A stretch of 64,000 nucleotides of DNA. Source: an uncultured Arcobacter sp. GTDB taxonomy: Bacteria > Campylobacterota > Campylobacteria > Campylobacterales > Arcobacteraceae. A program made the translations under genes and the position numbers. How positions within the stretch are numbered: position 1 is the stretch's first letter; each line of letters starts with the position of its first letter. Positions 1 through 10,166 of the stretch are shown here, one piece after another. Under the pieces are notes generated by a model. The model was not told the DNA's origin. It made no database searches and saw only the letters and a program-made list of their open reading frames with translations. The stretch covers positions 576,001-640,000 of the forward strand of contig OZ223302.1 of the NCBI GenBank assembly GCA_965140705.1. Reading direction: 5' to 3'.

Positions 1-394
1 CTAAGTTTTGATTTACTTCCCTTGGATTTTCTAAAGCTTTTAAAATTGCACCCTTTGTAATTTCATGAAATACAATTCTTTTTAGTGGGTTTTTTTCAAC
101 TTTAAGTGCAGGGATAAGATGCCAGGCAATAGCTTCTCCCTCCCTATCCTCATCGGCTGCGAGGTAGATAGTTGTATCTTTTGTTATCTCTTTTTTCAAA
201 TCAGCAATTACTTTTCTTTTATCCGTGGAAATCAGATATTGAGGTTTGAAATCATCAGCAGGGTCAAACCCCAATTTTGATTTTGGTAAATCTCTTACAT
301 GACCCATAGATGCCATAACTTTATAATCTGATCCTAAGAATTTTGAAATTGTTTTTGCTTTTGCTGGTGACTCGACGATAACTAAATTTTTCAC
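1..394 (-). CDS. topA: DNA topoisomerase I, 5' part (runs off the window)
   Basis: Manual translation from GTG at 394: MKNLVIVESPAKAKTISKFLG...SMGHVRDLPK...AADEDREGEAIAWH...RIVFHEITK, the TOPRIM motifs of type IA topoisomerase. Confidence 0.96.
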   Translation of the reverse strand, partial: MKNLVIVESPAKAKTISKFLGSDYKVMASMGHVRDLPKSKLGFDPADDFKPQYLISTDKRKVIADLKKEITKDTTIYLAADEDREGEAIAWHLIPALKVEKNPLKRIVFHEITKGAILKALENPREVNQNL

Positions 395-430
395 TATAAA
401 AATAACCCTTCTGATTTTTTTTGAGCAAGA

Positions 431-439
431 ATTCTAACA
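431..439 (-). promoter_or_regulatory. Extended -10 promoter (TGnTAGAAT) for topA
   Basis: Minus strand reads TGTTAGAAT about 37 nt upstream of the topA start, matching the Campylobacterota sigma70 extended -10. Confidence 0.5.
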
Positions 440-483
440 TAATTAGATTAAAAGCACTTAAGCTTTAAAATTAACATCTTTAT

Positions 484-1263
484 CTAAAAAATTATTACCT
501 CTGTTTGTAAATCAATATTAAACTCTGTTTTTACTCTTTCTTTTGCTAGATTTATCAAATAAATTGCATCTTCAAAAGTTCCACCACCATTATTTACTAA
601 AAAATTAGCATGTACTTTTGAAAAAGACATTCCATTTTTACTAAACCCTTTTAATCCAACTTGTTCAATCAATCTTCCAGCACTATCTCCCATTGGGTTT
701 TTAAAGCAACTTCCAGCACTTGGAGTTTGTGGTTGATTATCTCTCATTTTAGAAAATAGTTCATTCTTCTCTTTACTATACCCACTTGATATGTTAAATA
801 CAAGTTCATAAACTATAGTATCTATATTTGTATATCTATATCCGTATTGTACATCTTCTTTTTTAATATATCCATCTTTTGTCTTAATAGAATCAATGTA
901 ATTAAAGATTTCCCACTCTTTTAAACCTGCATTCATCTTAATCAAACCACCAAGATTTCCAGGAAGTTTTCCAAGAAATTCAAAATTTGCTAGATTATTT
1001 CTTTTTGCATAAGATAAAAGTTTACCAGATTTTGTAGCACAACCAACATAAAGTTTATCATCAACTTGTTTTATATAATCAAATTCTTCACCTAAAACTG
1101 CAAATTTTGGAGGAGTATTTGAGACTAAAAGATTATTTGCACGACCAATTATTTGATACTTACTATAATCTCCTATCTCATTTATAACCAACACCTCTAC
1201 TATTGGTCCTATGTGAATTGATGAATATTTTGAAAAGTCGATGCTCTTTGTGTAGTTATTCAT
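484..1263 (-). CDS. murB: UDP-N-acetylmuramate dehydrogenase
   Basis: PGNLGGLIKMNAG, QPQTPSAGSCFKNP and HANFLVN motifs. Confidence 0.95.
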   Translation of the reverse strand: MNNYTKSIDFSKYSSIHIGPIVEVLVINEIGDYSKYQIIGRANNLLVSNTPPKFAVLGEEFDYIKQVDDKLYVGCATKSGKLLSYAKRNNLANFEFLGKLPGNLGGLIKMNAGLKEWEIFNYIDSIKTKDGYIKKEDVQYGYRYTNIDTIVYELVFNISSGYSKEKNELFSKMRDNQPQTPSAGSCFKNPMGDSAGRLIEQVGLKGFSKNGMSFSKVHANFLVNNGGGTFEDAIYLINLAKERVKTEFNIDLQTEVIIF

Positions 1264-1265
1264 TA

Positions 1266-2129
1266 TTACTTATTACGAAGTTCTTCATATTCACTTGGAA
1301 TTAAAAACTCTCTTGATTTTACAAGACTATTATAGAAGCCACGTTTATAGCCTAATTCATATAGTTTATCTAAAGCATCATATTGAAGTTCACTCAAACT
1401 TATAGAATCATCATTTGCATAAAGGTCTAAATACTTATCAAGTGTTGGAGCATCAACTCTAATTAATCCTCTTTCCAATAACATATCAGATAAAATTTTC
1501 TTATTTTTATTTGCAACATGTACTGCTTTTATCAAAGTATTTTCATAATCAATTGCGTAGTTTAAAGGAATTGATCTTCTTAAACACATTCCACCAAGGG
1601 GAAGTGGTAAATCTTTTCCAGCTAGCTCTTGCCAGATATCCCAAATCTCACGTTCTACTTCTAAACTATCATCATAATTTAAAATTGACTCATGGATTAA
1701 AACACCAGCATCAACAGTTCCATCAATTACAGCTTGTTCTATATCTAAAAAGTTCATATAAGTAATTCTAGCATCTGGATAAGCGATTCTAAATAAAAGC
1801 CCATTAGTTGTATATTCACCACTTAGGGCTACTTTGAAGTTTTTCTTTAATTTTGTCTCTTTTTTCTTTACTAATTTTGGTCCATATCCATTGCCAAATG
1901 AAACCGCTGTTTTTAAAAGTGCATAATCATCTTTTACAAAAGGGTATAGAGCAAAAGAGATTGCACAAATATCATATACACCATTTAAAGTGGCTTGATT
2001 TAAACTCTCAATATCATCAGCTATATTTTCAAATAGAGTATCTTTTGGAGTAACCCAACCAAATTTTATAGCATAATACATAAAAATATCATCGGCATCT
2101 GGTGAATGTGCAACACTAATTTTTCTCAA
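1266..2129 (-). CDS. mqnD: 1,4-dihydroxy-6-naphthoate synthase (futalosine menaquinone pathway)
   Basis: HSPDADDIFMYYA, GNGYGP, GVLIHE and LPLPLGG motifs; TTG start. Confidence 0.9.
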   Translation of the reverse strand: MRKISVAHSPDADDIFMYYAIKFGWVTPKDTLFENIADDIESLNQATLNGVYDICAISFALYPFVKDDYALLKTAVSFGNGYGPKLVKKKETKLKKNFKVALSGEYTTNGLLFRIAYPDARITYMNFLDIEQAVIDGTVDAGVLIHESILNYDDSLEVEREIWDIWQELAGKDLPLPLGGMCLRRSIPLNYAIDYENTLIKAVHVANKNKKILSDMLLERGLIRVDAPTLDKYLDLYANDDSISLSELQYDALDKLYELGYKRGFYNSLVKSREFLIPSEYEELRNK

Positions 2130-2275
2130 AGTCTATCCTTCTTTTTTTCTGGAGAAGATTGTATCAAGTTATGGTTTTATCTTTGGTTATATAAAAATAT
2201 GAATACTTATTCAAAGATTCTACTTTTTACATTAAAATAAGAGTATAATTAAGTAATCTAATTAAGGAGATTATT

Positions 2276-2668
2276 ATGAAAGCATATAAATTAGTCCTTG
2301 GATTTTTAGCCTCAGCAACATTAGTTTCAACACTAAGTGCTGCTAATTATACACAAAAAGGACCTATGAGTTTTGAAGAGTATGACACTAATAATGATGG
2401 CTTTGTATCTGAATCTGAATTTTATGATTTAAGAGCAAAAAAAATGGAAGCAAAAGTAAATCAAGGTATGAGAATGAAAAATGCTGCAAATGCTCCAACT
2501 TTTGAAAGTTTTGATACAAATGGTGATAAGAAATTAACTAAAGCAGAACTTTTAGAAGGTCAAATGAAGAATATGAAACAAAAAATGAACCAAAAAGGAA
2601 TGGGAAATAAAATGAACTCTGGTCAAGGTATGAACAAGGGTAAAGGAATGAATAATTCCAACCAATAA
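2276..2668 (+). CDS. Secreted EF-hand protein with Met/Gly-rich tail
   Basis: Signal peptide; EF loops DTNNDGFVSESE and DTNGDKKLTKAE; AAGGAG RBS. Confidence 0.85.
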   Translation: MKAYKLVLGFLASATLVSTLSAANYTQKGPMSFEEYDTNNDGFVSESEFYDLRAKKMEAKVNQGMRMKNAANAPTFESFDTNGDKKLTKAELLEGQMKNMKQKMNQKGMGNKMNSGQGMNKGKGMNNSNQ

Positions 2669-2675
2669 TTTTCTT

Positions 2676-2701
2676 CACAAGGTCATATTTATGACCTTGT
2701 G
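2676..2701. terminator. Bidirectional intrinsic terminator
   Basis: CACAAGGTCATA-TT-TATGACCTTGTG hairpin between the convergent EF-hand gene and nuoN. Confidence 0.8.
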
Positions 2702-2705
2702 TTTT

Positions 2706-4187
2706 TTAGTATCCAGCTATTTGAATATAATAAGAGATAATTTCAAGTAAATTTTGAATAAAAAATATTGAAAGAATCATAAACACTGCACAAGTACCAA
2801 CGATTACTTTACTAGTTGTTGTAGCATTTACCATAAATTTTATTCCATCAACACTTGGTTCTTTTAAGAACATATAAACTATAGGTCTTAGATAATAATA
2901 AGCTGCAATTGCAGAATTTAAAGCCATAATAAGAGCCAATGCCATATATCCACTATTAACAGCAGCTCCTAAAAGATACATTTTACCCCAAAATAGTGCA
3001 AAAGGAGGAATCCCTGCAAGTGAGAGTAAAAATAAACCAAAAATAACAGCAGTCATAGGAGATATTTTTATAAGCCCAGCATATTTTTCTAAAGCATGGT
3101 CTGTGCTAAAAGTTTTATAATCTTTACTTCTATTTAACCATAACATAGCAAAAGCACCAAGATTTGTAACTGAAAATAAAATCCAATACAAAAACATAGC
3201 AGTTGTAGCTTGTGTTGTACCTATCATAATTGCGGCCATTGCAAAACCTGCATTTGATATAGAAGAATAAGCAAGCATTCTATTTATATCCCTTTGAAGT
3301 AGTGCTATTATATTTGGAATAGTCATTGTTAAAACAATAATCCCTATTAAAATAGCTTCCACAAACATATTTCCAGAAGATACAAATATCTCAAAAAATC
3401 TTAAAGCTACAACGAAACCTGCTATTTTTGGAACAATTGACATAAACCCTGCAAGAGAAGCTGTTGAACCTTCATAAATATCTGCAACCCAAACATGAAA
3501 AGGCACAAGTGAAAGTTTAAATCCTAAAGCAGATAAAATAAACACAATTCCAATTAAAATAAGAGGATAATTTTCAAAATCACTTGTAAACAATACTTCA
3601 GAAATCTTACCAAACTCTACAGTTCCCGTTATAGCATAAAAAATCATTGACCCAAAGGCAAAAAAAGCTGCTGATAAAGCACCCATTGTAAAGTATTTTA
3701 TAGCTGCTTCTATTGCATTTGCTCTATTATGCATAGCAATCATAGTATAAAGTGCCATTGAGGCAGTTTCAAGACCTACAAATATAAGAATCAAAGAATC
3801 AGAACTTACCATAAATTGGAAACCAGCAATCATAAATAAATATAAAGCATAAAACTCTGGATATCTTTGTTCATTAAATCTTTGTTTTGTAAAAGACAGT
3901 AAAATAAATAAAATTGAAGCGACTATCATAATTGCTTGAGAAAGAATAGAAATCCCATCAACCATCATCAAGTCAAACATACCTCTTACATCACCGTTAT
4001 AACTTATAACTGTTGCTAAATCTACTATTAAAAATAGAACTGCCAACATGATATATAAAGATTTATCAAGCTTTTTATTTACCAAGTCTATACATAAGAT
4101 AACTAAAGCTCCTACAATAGCAATTGTCATAGGAAGCAAAGTTTGAATATTTAAATTTGCAAAATCTATTGAAATAGCTGGTATCAT
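2706..4187 (-). CDS. nuoN: NADH-quinone oxidoreductase subunit N
   Basis: AIEAAIKYF, FKLSLVPFHVW and RMLAYSSI motifs; last gene of the operon. Confidence 0.95.
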   Translation of the reverse strand: MIPAISIDFANLNIQTLLPMTIAIVGALVILCIDLVNKKLDKSLYIMLAVLFLIVDLATVISYNGDVRGMFDLMMVDGISILSQAIMIVASILFILLSFTKQRFNEQRYPEFYALYLFMIAGFQFMVSSDSLILIFVGLETASMALYTMIAMHNRANAIEAAIKYFTMGALSAAFFAFGSMIFYAITGTVEFGKISEVLFTSDFENYPLILIGIVFILSALGFKLSLVPFHVWVADIYEGSTASLAGFMSIVPKIAGFVVALRFFEIFVSSGNMFVEAILIGIIVLTMTIPNIIALLQRDINRMLAYSSISNAGFAMAAIMIGTTQATTAMFLYWILFSVTNLGAFAMLWLNRSKDYKTFSTDHALEKYAGLIKISPMTAVIFGLFLLSLAGIPPFALFWGKMYLLGAAVNSGYMALALIMALNSAIAAYYYLRPIVYMFLKEPSVDGIKFMVNATTTSKVIVGTCAVFMILSIFFIQNLLEIISYYIQIAGY

Positions 4188-5713
4188 AATTTTGTCTCCC
4201 CAATTGTATTTGACGACATTAGCTGTACTTTTGAAGCTGGTTGCTGTGCTTTTATCTTCATAATTTCGACTAAATGTTTCACAGAAGTATTAACTGGCTC
4301 TAAAATAGGTTTTGGATAAATTCCTAAAATAATAACCAAAGCAACTAAAGGAATCAGTGCCACTAGTTCTCGTCCCTTTGCATCTTCCAAGTTCTCATTT
4401 TTTGCATTTGTTATTGGTCCAAAGAAAGTCTTTTTATATAAAACAAGCATATAAACTGCCCCTAAGATGATAGTAAGCCCAGCAATAAGTGTAAAGATTG
4501 GTGATACTTTAAAAAATCCTAATAGAGATAAAAACTCTCCCACAAAGCCAATAGTTAAAGGAAGTCCAATTGAAGCCATAAGCATAATTGCAAAGATAGT
4601 TGCATATTTTGGCATAACCTTAGTCAAGCCTCCAAATTCACTCATCATTTTGGTATGTCTTCTATCATAAATCACACCCACAAGCATAAACAGAGCTCCT
4701 GAAACAATACCATGGGAAATCATTAAGAAAATTGAACCACCAATTCCTTCAACATTTAAAGCAAATGTTCCTAAAATAATTACACCCATATGTGATACAG
4801 AAGAGTAAGCAACAACTTGTTTTATATCTTCTTGGGCATAGGCTACCATTGCTGTATAAACTATAGCAATAAGAGCTAATATTGCCATTGGTACCATAAA
4901 ATGTACAGCAGCATCTGGAAACAATGGAAGTGAAAATCTTATAAATCCATAAGTTCCCATTTTAAGTAACACAGCAGCAAGAATTACTGAACCAATTGTT
5001 GGAGCTTGACCATGGGCATATGGAAGCCAAGTGTGAAATGGCACCATTGGAACTTTTATGGCAAAACCTAGGAAAAATGCTACAAATAACCAAAGTTGCA
5101 TATCAAATGGTAGAATAAGCATATTCCAATCTAAAAGATTAAAACTCCAAGAACCTGTTGTCACAGAATAAACATAACCTAAATAAAGCATACCAAGAAG
5201 CATCACTAAAGAACCAGTGAAAGTATAAATGAAAAATTTAATTGAAGCATAAATTCTCAAATTTCCACCCCATGCTCCAATTATGTAAAGCATTGGGATA
5301 AGTGATAACTCCCAAAATAGATAAAATACAATTGCATCTAAAGCTAAAAATACTCCTACCATAGTCATCTCTAAAAACAACACTGTGATAATCATATTTT
5401 TTAAAGCTCTTTTTTCAGTCAAGCCTATGATTGAAATCATTGTCATAAAAGTAGTCATAAGAACTAAAAATAGTGAAATACCATCTATTCCTACAACATA
5501 ACTTATTCCATAAGCATCGATTAGTGGCATTGTTTCTAAAAACTGCATATCAGGCATTGAACTATCAAAACCATACCAAACAAATAATGAAATCAAAAAC
5601 TCAATAGCTGTTACAATAATTGCATAAGTTCTAATAGAATCACTCTTTACTAAAAACCCTATAAATGCAGCAAATGCCGGAAAAAATATTAAAATTGATA
5701 AAATATGTTCCAT
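4184..5713 (-). CDS. nuoM: NADH-quinone oxidoreductase subunit M
   Basis: FAIKVPMVPFHTWLP, LLKMGTYG and AYSSVSHMG motifs. Confidence 0.96.
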   Translation of the reverse strand: MEHILSILIFFPAFAAFIGFLVKSDSIRTYAIIVTAIEFLISLFVWYGFDSSMPDMQFLETMPLIDAYGISYVVGIDGISLFLVLMTTFMTMISIIGLTEKRALKNMIITVLFLEMTMVGVFLALDAIVFYLFWELSLIPMLYIIGAWGGNLRIYASIKFFIYTFTGSLVMLLGMLYLGYVYSVTTGSWSFNLLDWNMLILPFDMQLWLFVAFFLGFAIKVPMVPFHTWLPYAHGQAPTIGSVILAAVLLKMGTYGFIRFSLPLFPDAAVHFMVPMAILALIAIVYTAMVAYAQEDIKQVVAYSSVSHMGVIILGTFALNVEGIGGSIFLMISHGIVSGALFMLVGVIYDRRHTKMMSEFGGLTKVMPKYATIFAIMLMASIGLPLTIGFVGEFLSLLGFFKVSPIFTLIAGLTIILGAVYMLVLYKKTFFGPITNAKNENLEDAKGRELVALIPLVALVIILGIYPKPILEPVNTSVKHLVEIMKIKAQQPASKVQLMSSNTIGETKL

Positions 5714-5726
5714 ACTTTCTAACCCT

Positions 5727-7658
5727 TTACTTTAAAAACCCAAGCGCTACACTTAGAACTAATAATAAAACAAACCCATAAACCATCACTTTTAATAGTG
5801 TTGATAAATTACTTGATTGAAGAGGTCTAACCCCTTTACCTGATGCATAAACTATTTTTCCAATACCATCAACAATAAAATCAATAATTTTAAGATCAAT
5901 ATATTTCCATGCAAATTTACTTATTGCCAAATATGGTCTTGTTATTATATACTCCAAAAAGTGAGGCATATAATATTGATTTGCCAATAGTTTATAAAAA
6001 AAGCTATCTTTTACATTTTCACTAAAATAAGTACCTGCTCTTACATATCTAAGTGCTGCAAATAATACCCCTGCTATTGCCATCGCACTTGTAACAATAA
6101 CAAGTATAAGTACAACTTCTTCATGAACATGCACATTTAGTCCTGGTAATACTTCTATTATCATCTCTTCGAAAGTACGTCTAAACCAACCTGTTACAAT
6201 TGCAAGTATTGCAAGTGGAGTCATGGCTGCTATTACAAAACCATAAGTTTCATGGGGATGATAATTAAGTTTTTTAAATCTCTCTTCACCAAAAAATACA
6301 TACATAACAAGTCTAAATGAATAAAATGCTGTTAAACCAGCTGTTACCCAAAGGATAGTCCATAAAATATATTGATGGGCTCCAAAGGCAACTTCTAAAA
6401 TTAAATCTTTAGAGTAAAACCCTGCAAGTGGCCAAATACCTGAAAGAGCGGCGGAAGCTATTATCATAATAATAGCAGTACCTTTCATATGCTTATACAA
6501 TCCACCCATATTTTTTATATTTATCTCATCATTTAAAGCATGCATAACATTTCCAGCTCCCAAGAAAAGAACTGATTTAAAAAAGGCATGGGTTGCTAAA
6601 TGAAACAGTGCTACCCAATAAGCTCCAAGTCCAGCTGCCACAAACATATATCCAAGTTGAGACAGGGTTGAGAAAGCAACAATTTTTTTGATATTAGAAG
6701 CTACCATCGCTTGAGTTGCTGCAAATATAGCAACAAAAGCACCAAGACAAGCAATACCATATCCTACTTCAGGAACTGCTGTAAAAATTGCATTTGCACG
6801 TACTAGTAAATAAACCCCAGCTGTTACCATTGTCGCTGCATGAATTAGTGCAGATACTGGTGTTGGACCTTCCATTGCATTTGCAAGCCATTGATTAAAT
6901 GGAAATTGTGCTGATTTACCCATAGCTCCAATAAAAAGAAAAGTTGCAATTGCTATTATAATTCCATGTGATAAATTTCCAATATTTGCAAATACCACAT
7001 CATATTGTAGTGTTCCAAGATTCCAATAAATCAAAAATATTCCAACTAACATACCTAAATCTGCAACTCTATTCATAATAAAAGCTTCATTGGCTGCATA
7101 TGAAGGTGAGATTGAAGAGTATGGTGAAAGAGTAGAGTATGGTGAGTTGTATACATCTTTTACTTTTGCTTTATCCTCTTTGTGATACCAAAATCCAATT
7201 AATCCCCAAGAACAAAGACCAACACCTTCCCATCCGATAAATAATCCAACAAAATTATCACTCATTACTAAAATCATCATAGAAAATACAAAAGCTGATA
7301 ACCAAGCAAAATATCTATTAAATGATTTGTCATGATCCATATAACCAATTGAATGAATATGAACCATAGTTGAAACTATTGTTACTACACTCATCATAGT
7401 AGCACTAACTGCATCAGCTACAAAACCAAAAGGAATACTTAGATTTCCAATTACAATCCAATCCATAAGTTTTACACTTATTATCTCATCTGATGAATAA
7501 ATTGTAAAAAGTAAGAATAATGAGGCAAACATTGAAACTGTTAACATCAAACTTGTAAAGATTCCAGTAAATAGTGTCTTAGGCTTCAATGAAAATAGTG
7601 AAGCAACTAGGGAACCAACTAAAGGAGCAAATAACGCAATATATACAAATTTTTCCAT
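5727..7658 (-). CDS. nuoL: NADH-quinone oxidoreductase subunit L
   Basis: GWEGVG, GKSAQFP, AMEGPTPVSALIHAATMVTAG and HAFFK motifs. Confidence 0.97.
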   Translation of the reverse strand: MEKFVYIALFAPLVGSLVASLFSLKPKTLFTGIFTSLMLTVSMFASLFLLFTIYSSDEIISVKLMDWIVIGNLSIPFGFVADAVSATMMSVVTIVSTMVHIHSIGYMDHDKSFNRYFAWLSAFVFSMMILVMSDNFVGLFIGWEGVGLCSWGLIGFWYHKEDKAKVKDVYNSPYSTLSPYSSISPSYAANEAFIMNRVADLGMLVGIFLIYWNLGTLQYDVVFANIGNLSHGIIIAIATFLFIGAMGKSAQFPFNQWLANAMEGPTPVSALIHAATMVTAGVYLLVRANAIFTAVPEVGYGIACLGAFVAIFAATQAMVASNIKKIVAFSTLSQLGYMFVAAGLGAYWVALFHLATHAFFKSVLFLGAGNVMHALNDEINIKNMGGLYKHMKGTAIIMIIASAALSGIWPLAGFYSKDLILEVAFGAHQYILWTILWVTAGLTAFYSFRLVMYVFFGEERFKKLNYHPHETYGFVIAAMTPLAILAIVTGWFRRTFEEMIIEVLPGLNVHVHEEVVLILVIVTSAMAIAGVLFAALRYVRAGTYFSENVKDSFFYKLLANQYYMPHFLEYIITRPYLAISKFAWKYIDLKIIDFIVDGIGKIVYASGKGVRPLQSSNLSTLLKVMVYGFVLLLVLSVALGFLK

Positions 7659-7958
7659 TTACCCCTCCATATTCTGTAAAGTATCTAAGTTAATAGAATT
7701 TTTTCTTTTATATAATAAAATTAATAATCCCAAACCAACAGCAACTTCACTAGCGGCAATTGCTATTATAAAAAATGCAAACATTTGACCTGTCAAATCT
7801 TGATGAAAGTGTGAAACAGCAGCAAGTCCAATATTTACAGCATTTAACATTATCTCTGTTGAAAAAAATAGCATCAAAAGATTTTTTCTTCTAATTACAC
7901 CTAGTAAGCCTAAACAAAATAGAAGTGATGAAAGTATTAAATACTCATTTAAACTCAT
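7659..7958 (-). CDS. nuoK: NADH-quinone oxidoreductase subunit K
   Basis: EIMLNAVN and AASEVAVGL motifs, three TM helices. Confidence 0.95.
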   Translation of the reverse strand: MSLNEYLILSSLLFCLGLLGVIRRKNLLMLFFSTEIMLNAVNIGLAAVSHFHQDLTGQMFAFFIIAIAASEVAVGLGLLILLYKRKNSINLDTLQNMEG

Positions 7959-8530
7959 TTGCTATCCTTTTCATTTGATGATTCAAGTGCATCTATTTCA
8001 TCTTCACTAAGTTCTGAATATGATACATCCATTTTTTTACCCGCAAGTATAATTCCACCTATCATAGCAACTAATAACATCACAGCTGCAACTTCAAAAG
8101 GAACTAAAAATTTTGTAAATAAAACAACTCCAACATCTTGTGTATTTCCATACTCTGGATGAATTGCATACTCTGAAATTATATTATTAGATACAATTGG
8201 AGAAAGAAAAGCTACAACAGTAATAAGTGCTGCCAAGCCACTAAATAAAAATACTAATCCTGGATTTTGTATTTTTTCTTTTACTTCACTCATAGAATCA
8301 AAAAACATCATTCCAAAAGCATAAAGTGCAATAACAGCACCTGTATAAACTACAATTTGTACAATTCCTAAAAAATCTGCATTTAACAAAAAGAAAAAAG
8401 CAGAGATAAAAATCATACCAGCTGCAAGGGAACTTAGTGCATATAAAGCATTATTTGTAAATACTGTTATTCCAAACATAAATATTGTCAATATTGAAAA
8501 CAAATAAAAAGCTACAATTTCAAACATCAT
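7955..8530 (-). CDS. nuoJ: NADH-quinone oxidoreductase subunit J
   Basis: QIVVYTGAVIAL and PFEVAAVMLL motifs. Confidence 0.94.
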   Translation of the reverse strand: MMFEIVAFYLFSILTIFMFGITVFTNNALYALSSLAAGMIFISAFFFLLNADFLGIVQIVVYTGAVIALYAFGMMFFDSMSEVKEKIQNPGLVFLFSGLAALITVVAFLSPIVSNNIISEYAIHPEYGNTQDVGVVLFTKFLVPFEVAAVMLLVAMIGGIILAGKKMDVSYSELSEDEIDALESSNEKDSK

Positions 8531-8535
8531 ATCTC

Positions 8536-9159
8536 CTAATACTCTAATGGAGTTTTTTTGATTTTTTCATCAGCATCAGGTGATACTGCACCAAAACCTT
8601 CATACTCTCGTTGTTGTGCCAATTTATCAAGGGGTGTTAATAAATCATCTTTTACAACAAAGTGTGCTCGTTGTTCCCCTGCATTTTCATACCTTCCACC
8701 ATGAACAATAGCAAGTTCTGGACAGACCTCAGCACAATAGCCACAGAAAATACATCTACCGAAGTTTATTGTATATTCTAAAACCTCTTTTCTAGAGTTT
8801 TCATCAATTCGTGTATCCATTCTAATACAATCAGAAATACAAATTTTTTCACAAAGTCCACATCCAATACATCTATTTTCCCCTGATTCTAAAAGAGCAA
8901 GCAATTTATGTACAGCTCTATATCTAGGTCCTATTGGTAATTTTTCAGCAGGATATTGCACTGTATGCATTTGCTTATTAAATAAAGCTTCTTTCATCAT
9001 AATAAAGGTGATTTTTAGTCCTGTAAAAAGTTCACCTTTTATTGATCTTTTAAAAACTTGTTTAAACTCTTGCCAAGGTGTTTCAAGGGAACTATTATCT
9101 TGAATATTTATATAATCATGTTCGCTTATATTTCTATTTTTCAAATCTTCTAAATTCAT
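8536..9159 (-). CDS. nuoI: NADH-quinone oxidoreductase subunit I
   Basis: Two 4Fe-4S motifs, CIGCGLCEKIC and CIFCGYCAEVCP; likely ATG start at 9159, just after the nuoH stop (ORF track extends to 9174). Confidence 0.95.
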   Translation of the reverse strand: MNLEDLKNRNISEHDYINIQDNSSLETPWQEFKQVFKRSIKGELFTGLKITFIMMKEALFNKQMHTVQYPAEKLPIGPRYRAVHKLLALLESGENRCIGCGLCEKICISDCIRMDTRIDENSRKEVLEYTINFGRCIFCGYCAEVCPELAIVHGGRYENAGEQRAHFVVKDDLLTPLDKLAQQREYEGFGAVSPDADEKIKKTPLEY

Positions 9160-9160
9160 C

Positions 9161-10165
9161 CTAAACTCCCCCAAGTATCATTACAAATGCACCAGTAAGT
9201 AAAATATTAACTACTGCTAGTGGCATTAAGATTTTCCAACATAACCACATCAATTGATCTGGTCTTACATGTGGCCAAGATGCTCTTGTCCATAAAAAGA
9301 AAAAAATCAAAAATGATACTTTTAAAATAATCGCTAATCCACCTGGAATAAACCATAAATCATTGTATCCACCAAGAAAAATTAGTGATATCAAAAATGA
9401 GATAGTAAATAAATTTGCATATTCACCTATAAAAAACATTCCCCATCTCATACCAGAATACTCTGTTGCATACCCTGCAACAATCTCGGCTTCATGCTCA
9501 AGTAAATCAAATGGCGTTCTATTTGTCTCTGCAAAACCTGCCATTACAAAAAGAATAAAAGCCAAAGGTTGACTCCAAATAATCCAAGAAGTAAATCCAG
9601 CACTTTGGTACTCATTTATATCAATTAATGATAAAGACCCCACTAACATAAGTGGTGCTAAAAGAGCAAGTCCAGATACAACTTCATAAGATAAAAGTTG
9701 AATTGCAGTTCTTGCACCTCCTAGAAGTGCCCATTTATTTCCACTACTCATACCAGCTAACAAAGGTCCATAAAGTCCAACTGAAGCTACACCCATTACA
9801 AATAAAACACCCACATTAATATCTGCGATGATTGGTCTAATTGTATATCCAAAGATTTCAAACTCTGGAAAAAATGGAACTGCTGTCATTGCAATAAAGG
9901 CTGTGGCTGCTGTTATAATTGGAGCAATCATAAAGATTGGTTTTACAGCATTTTGAGGAATAAAATCTTCTTTTGTAAATAGTTTTATCCCATCACAAAC
10001 AATTTGTAAAAGCCCATAAGGTCCCACATTTGTAGGTCCTAATCTTCTTTGCATAAAAGCTAATATTTTTCTTTCAATATAAGTTGTAAACCCAGCAATT
10101 GCTGAAAATACAGCTAATATAACTACAGCTTTAACAATTGTCTCAATTATAATACTTGTCTCCAT
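9161..10165 (-). CDS. nuoH: NADH-quinone oxidoreductase subunit H
   Basis: ERKILAFMQRRLGP and AETNRTPFDLLEHEAEIVAGYATEYSG motifs. Confidence 0.97.
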   Translation of the reverse strand: METSIIIETIVKAVVILAVFSAIAGFTTYIERKILAFMQRRLGPTNVGPYGLLQIVCDGIKLFTKEDFIPQNAVKPIFMIAPIITAATAFIAMTAVPFFPEFEIFGYTIRPIIADINVGVLFVMGVASVGLYGPLLAGMSSGNKWALLGGARTAIQLLSYEVVSGLALLAPLMLVGSLSLIDINEYQSAGFTSWIIWSQPLAFILFVMAGFAETNRTPFDLLEHEAEIVAGYATEYSGMRWGMFFIGEYANLFTISFLISLIFLGGYNDLWFIPGGLAIILKVSFLIFFFLWTRASWPHVRPDQLMWLCWKILMPLAVVNILLTGAFVMILGGV

Positions 10166-10166
10166 A

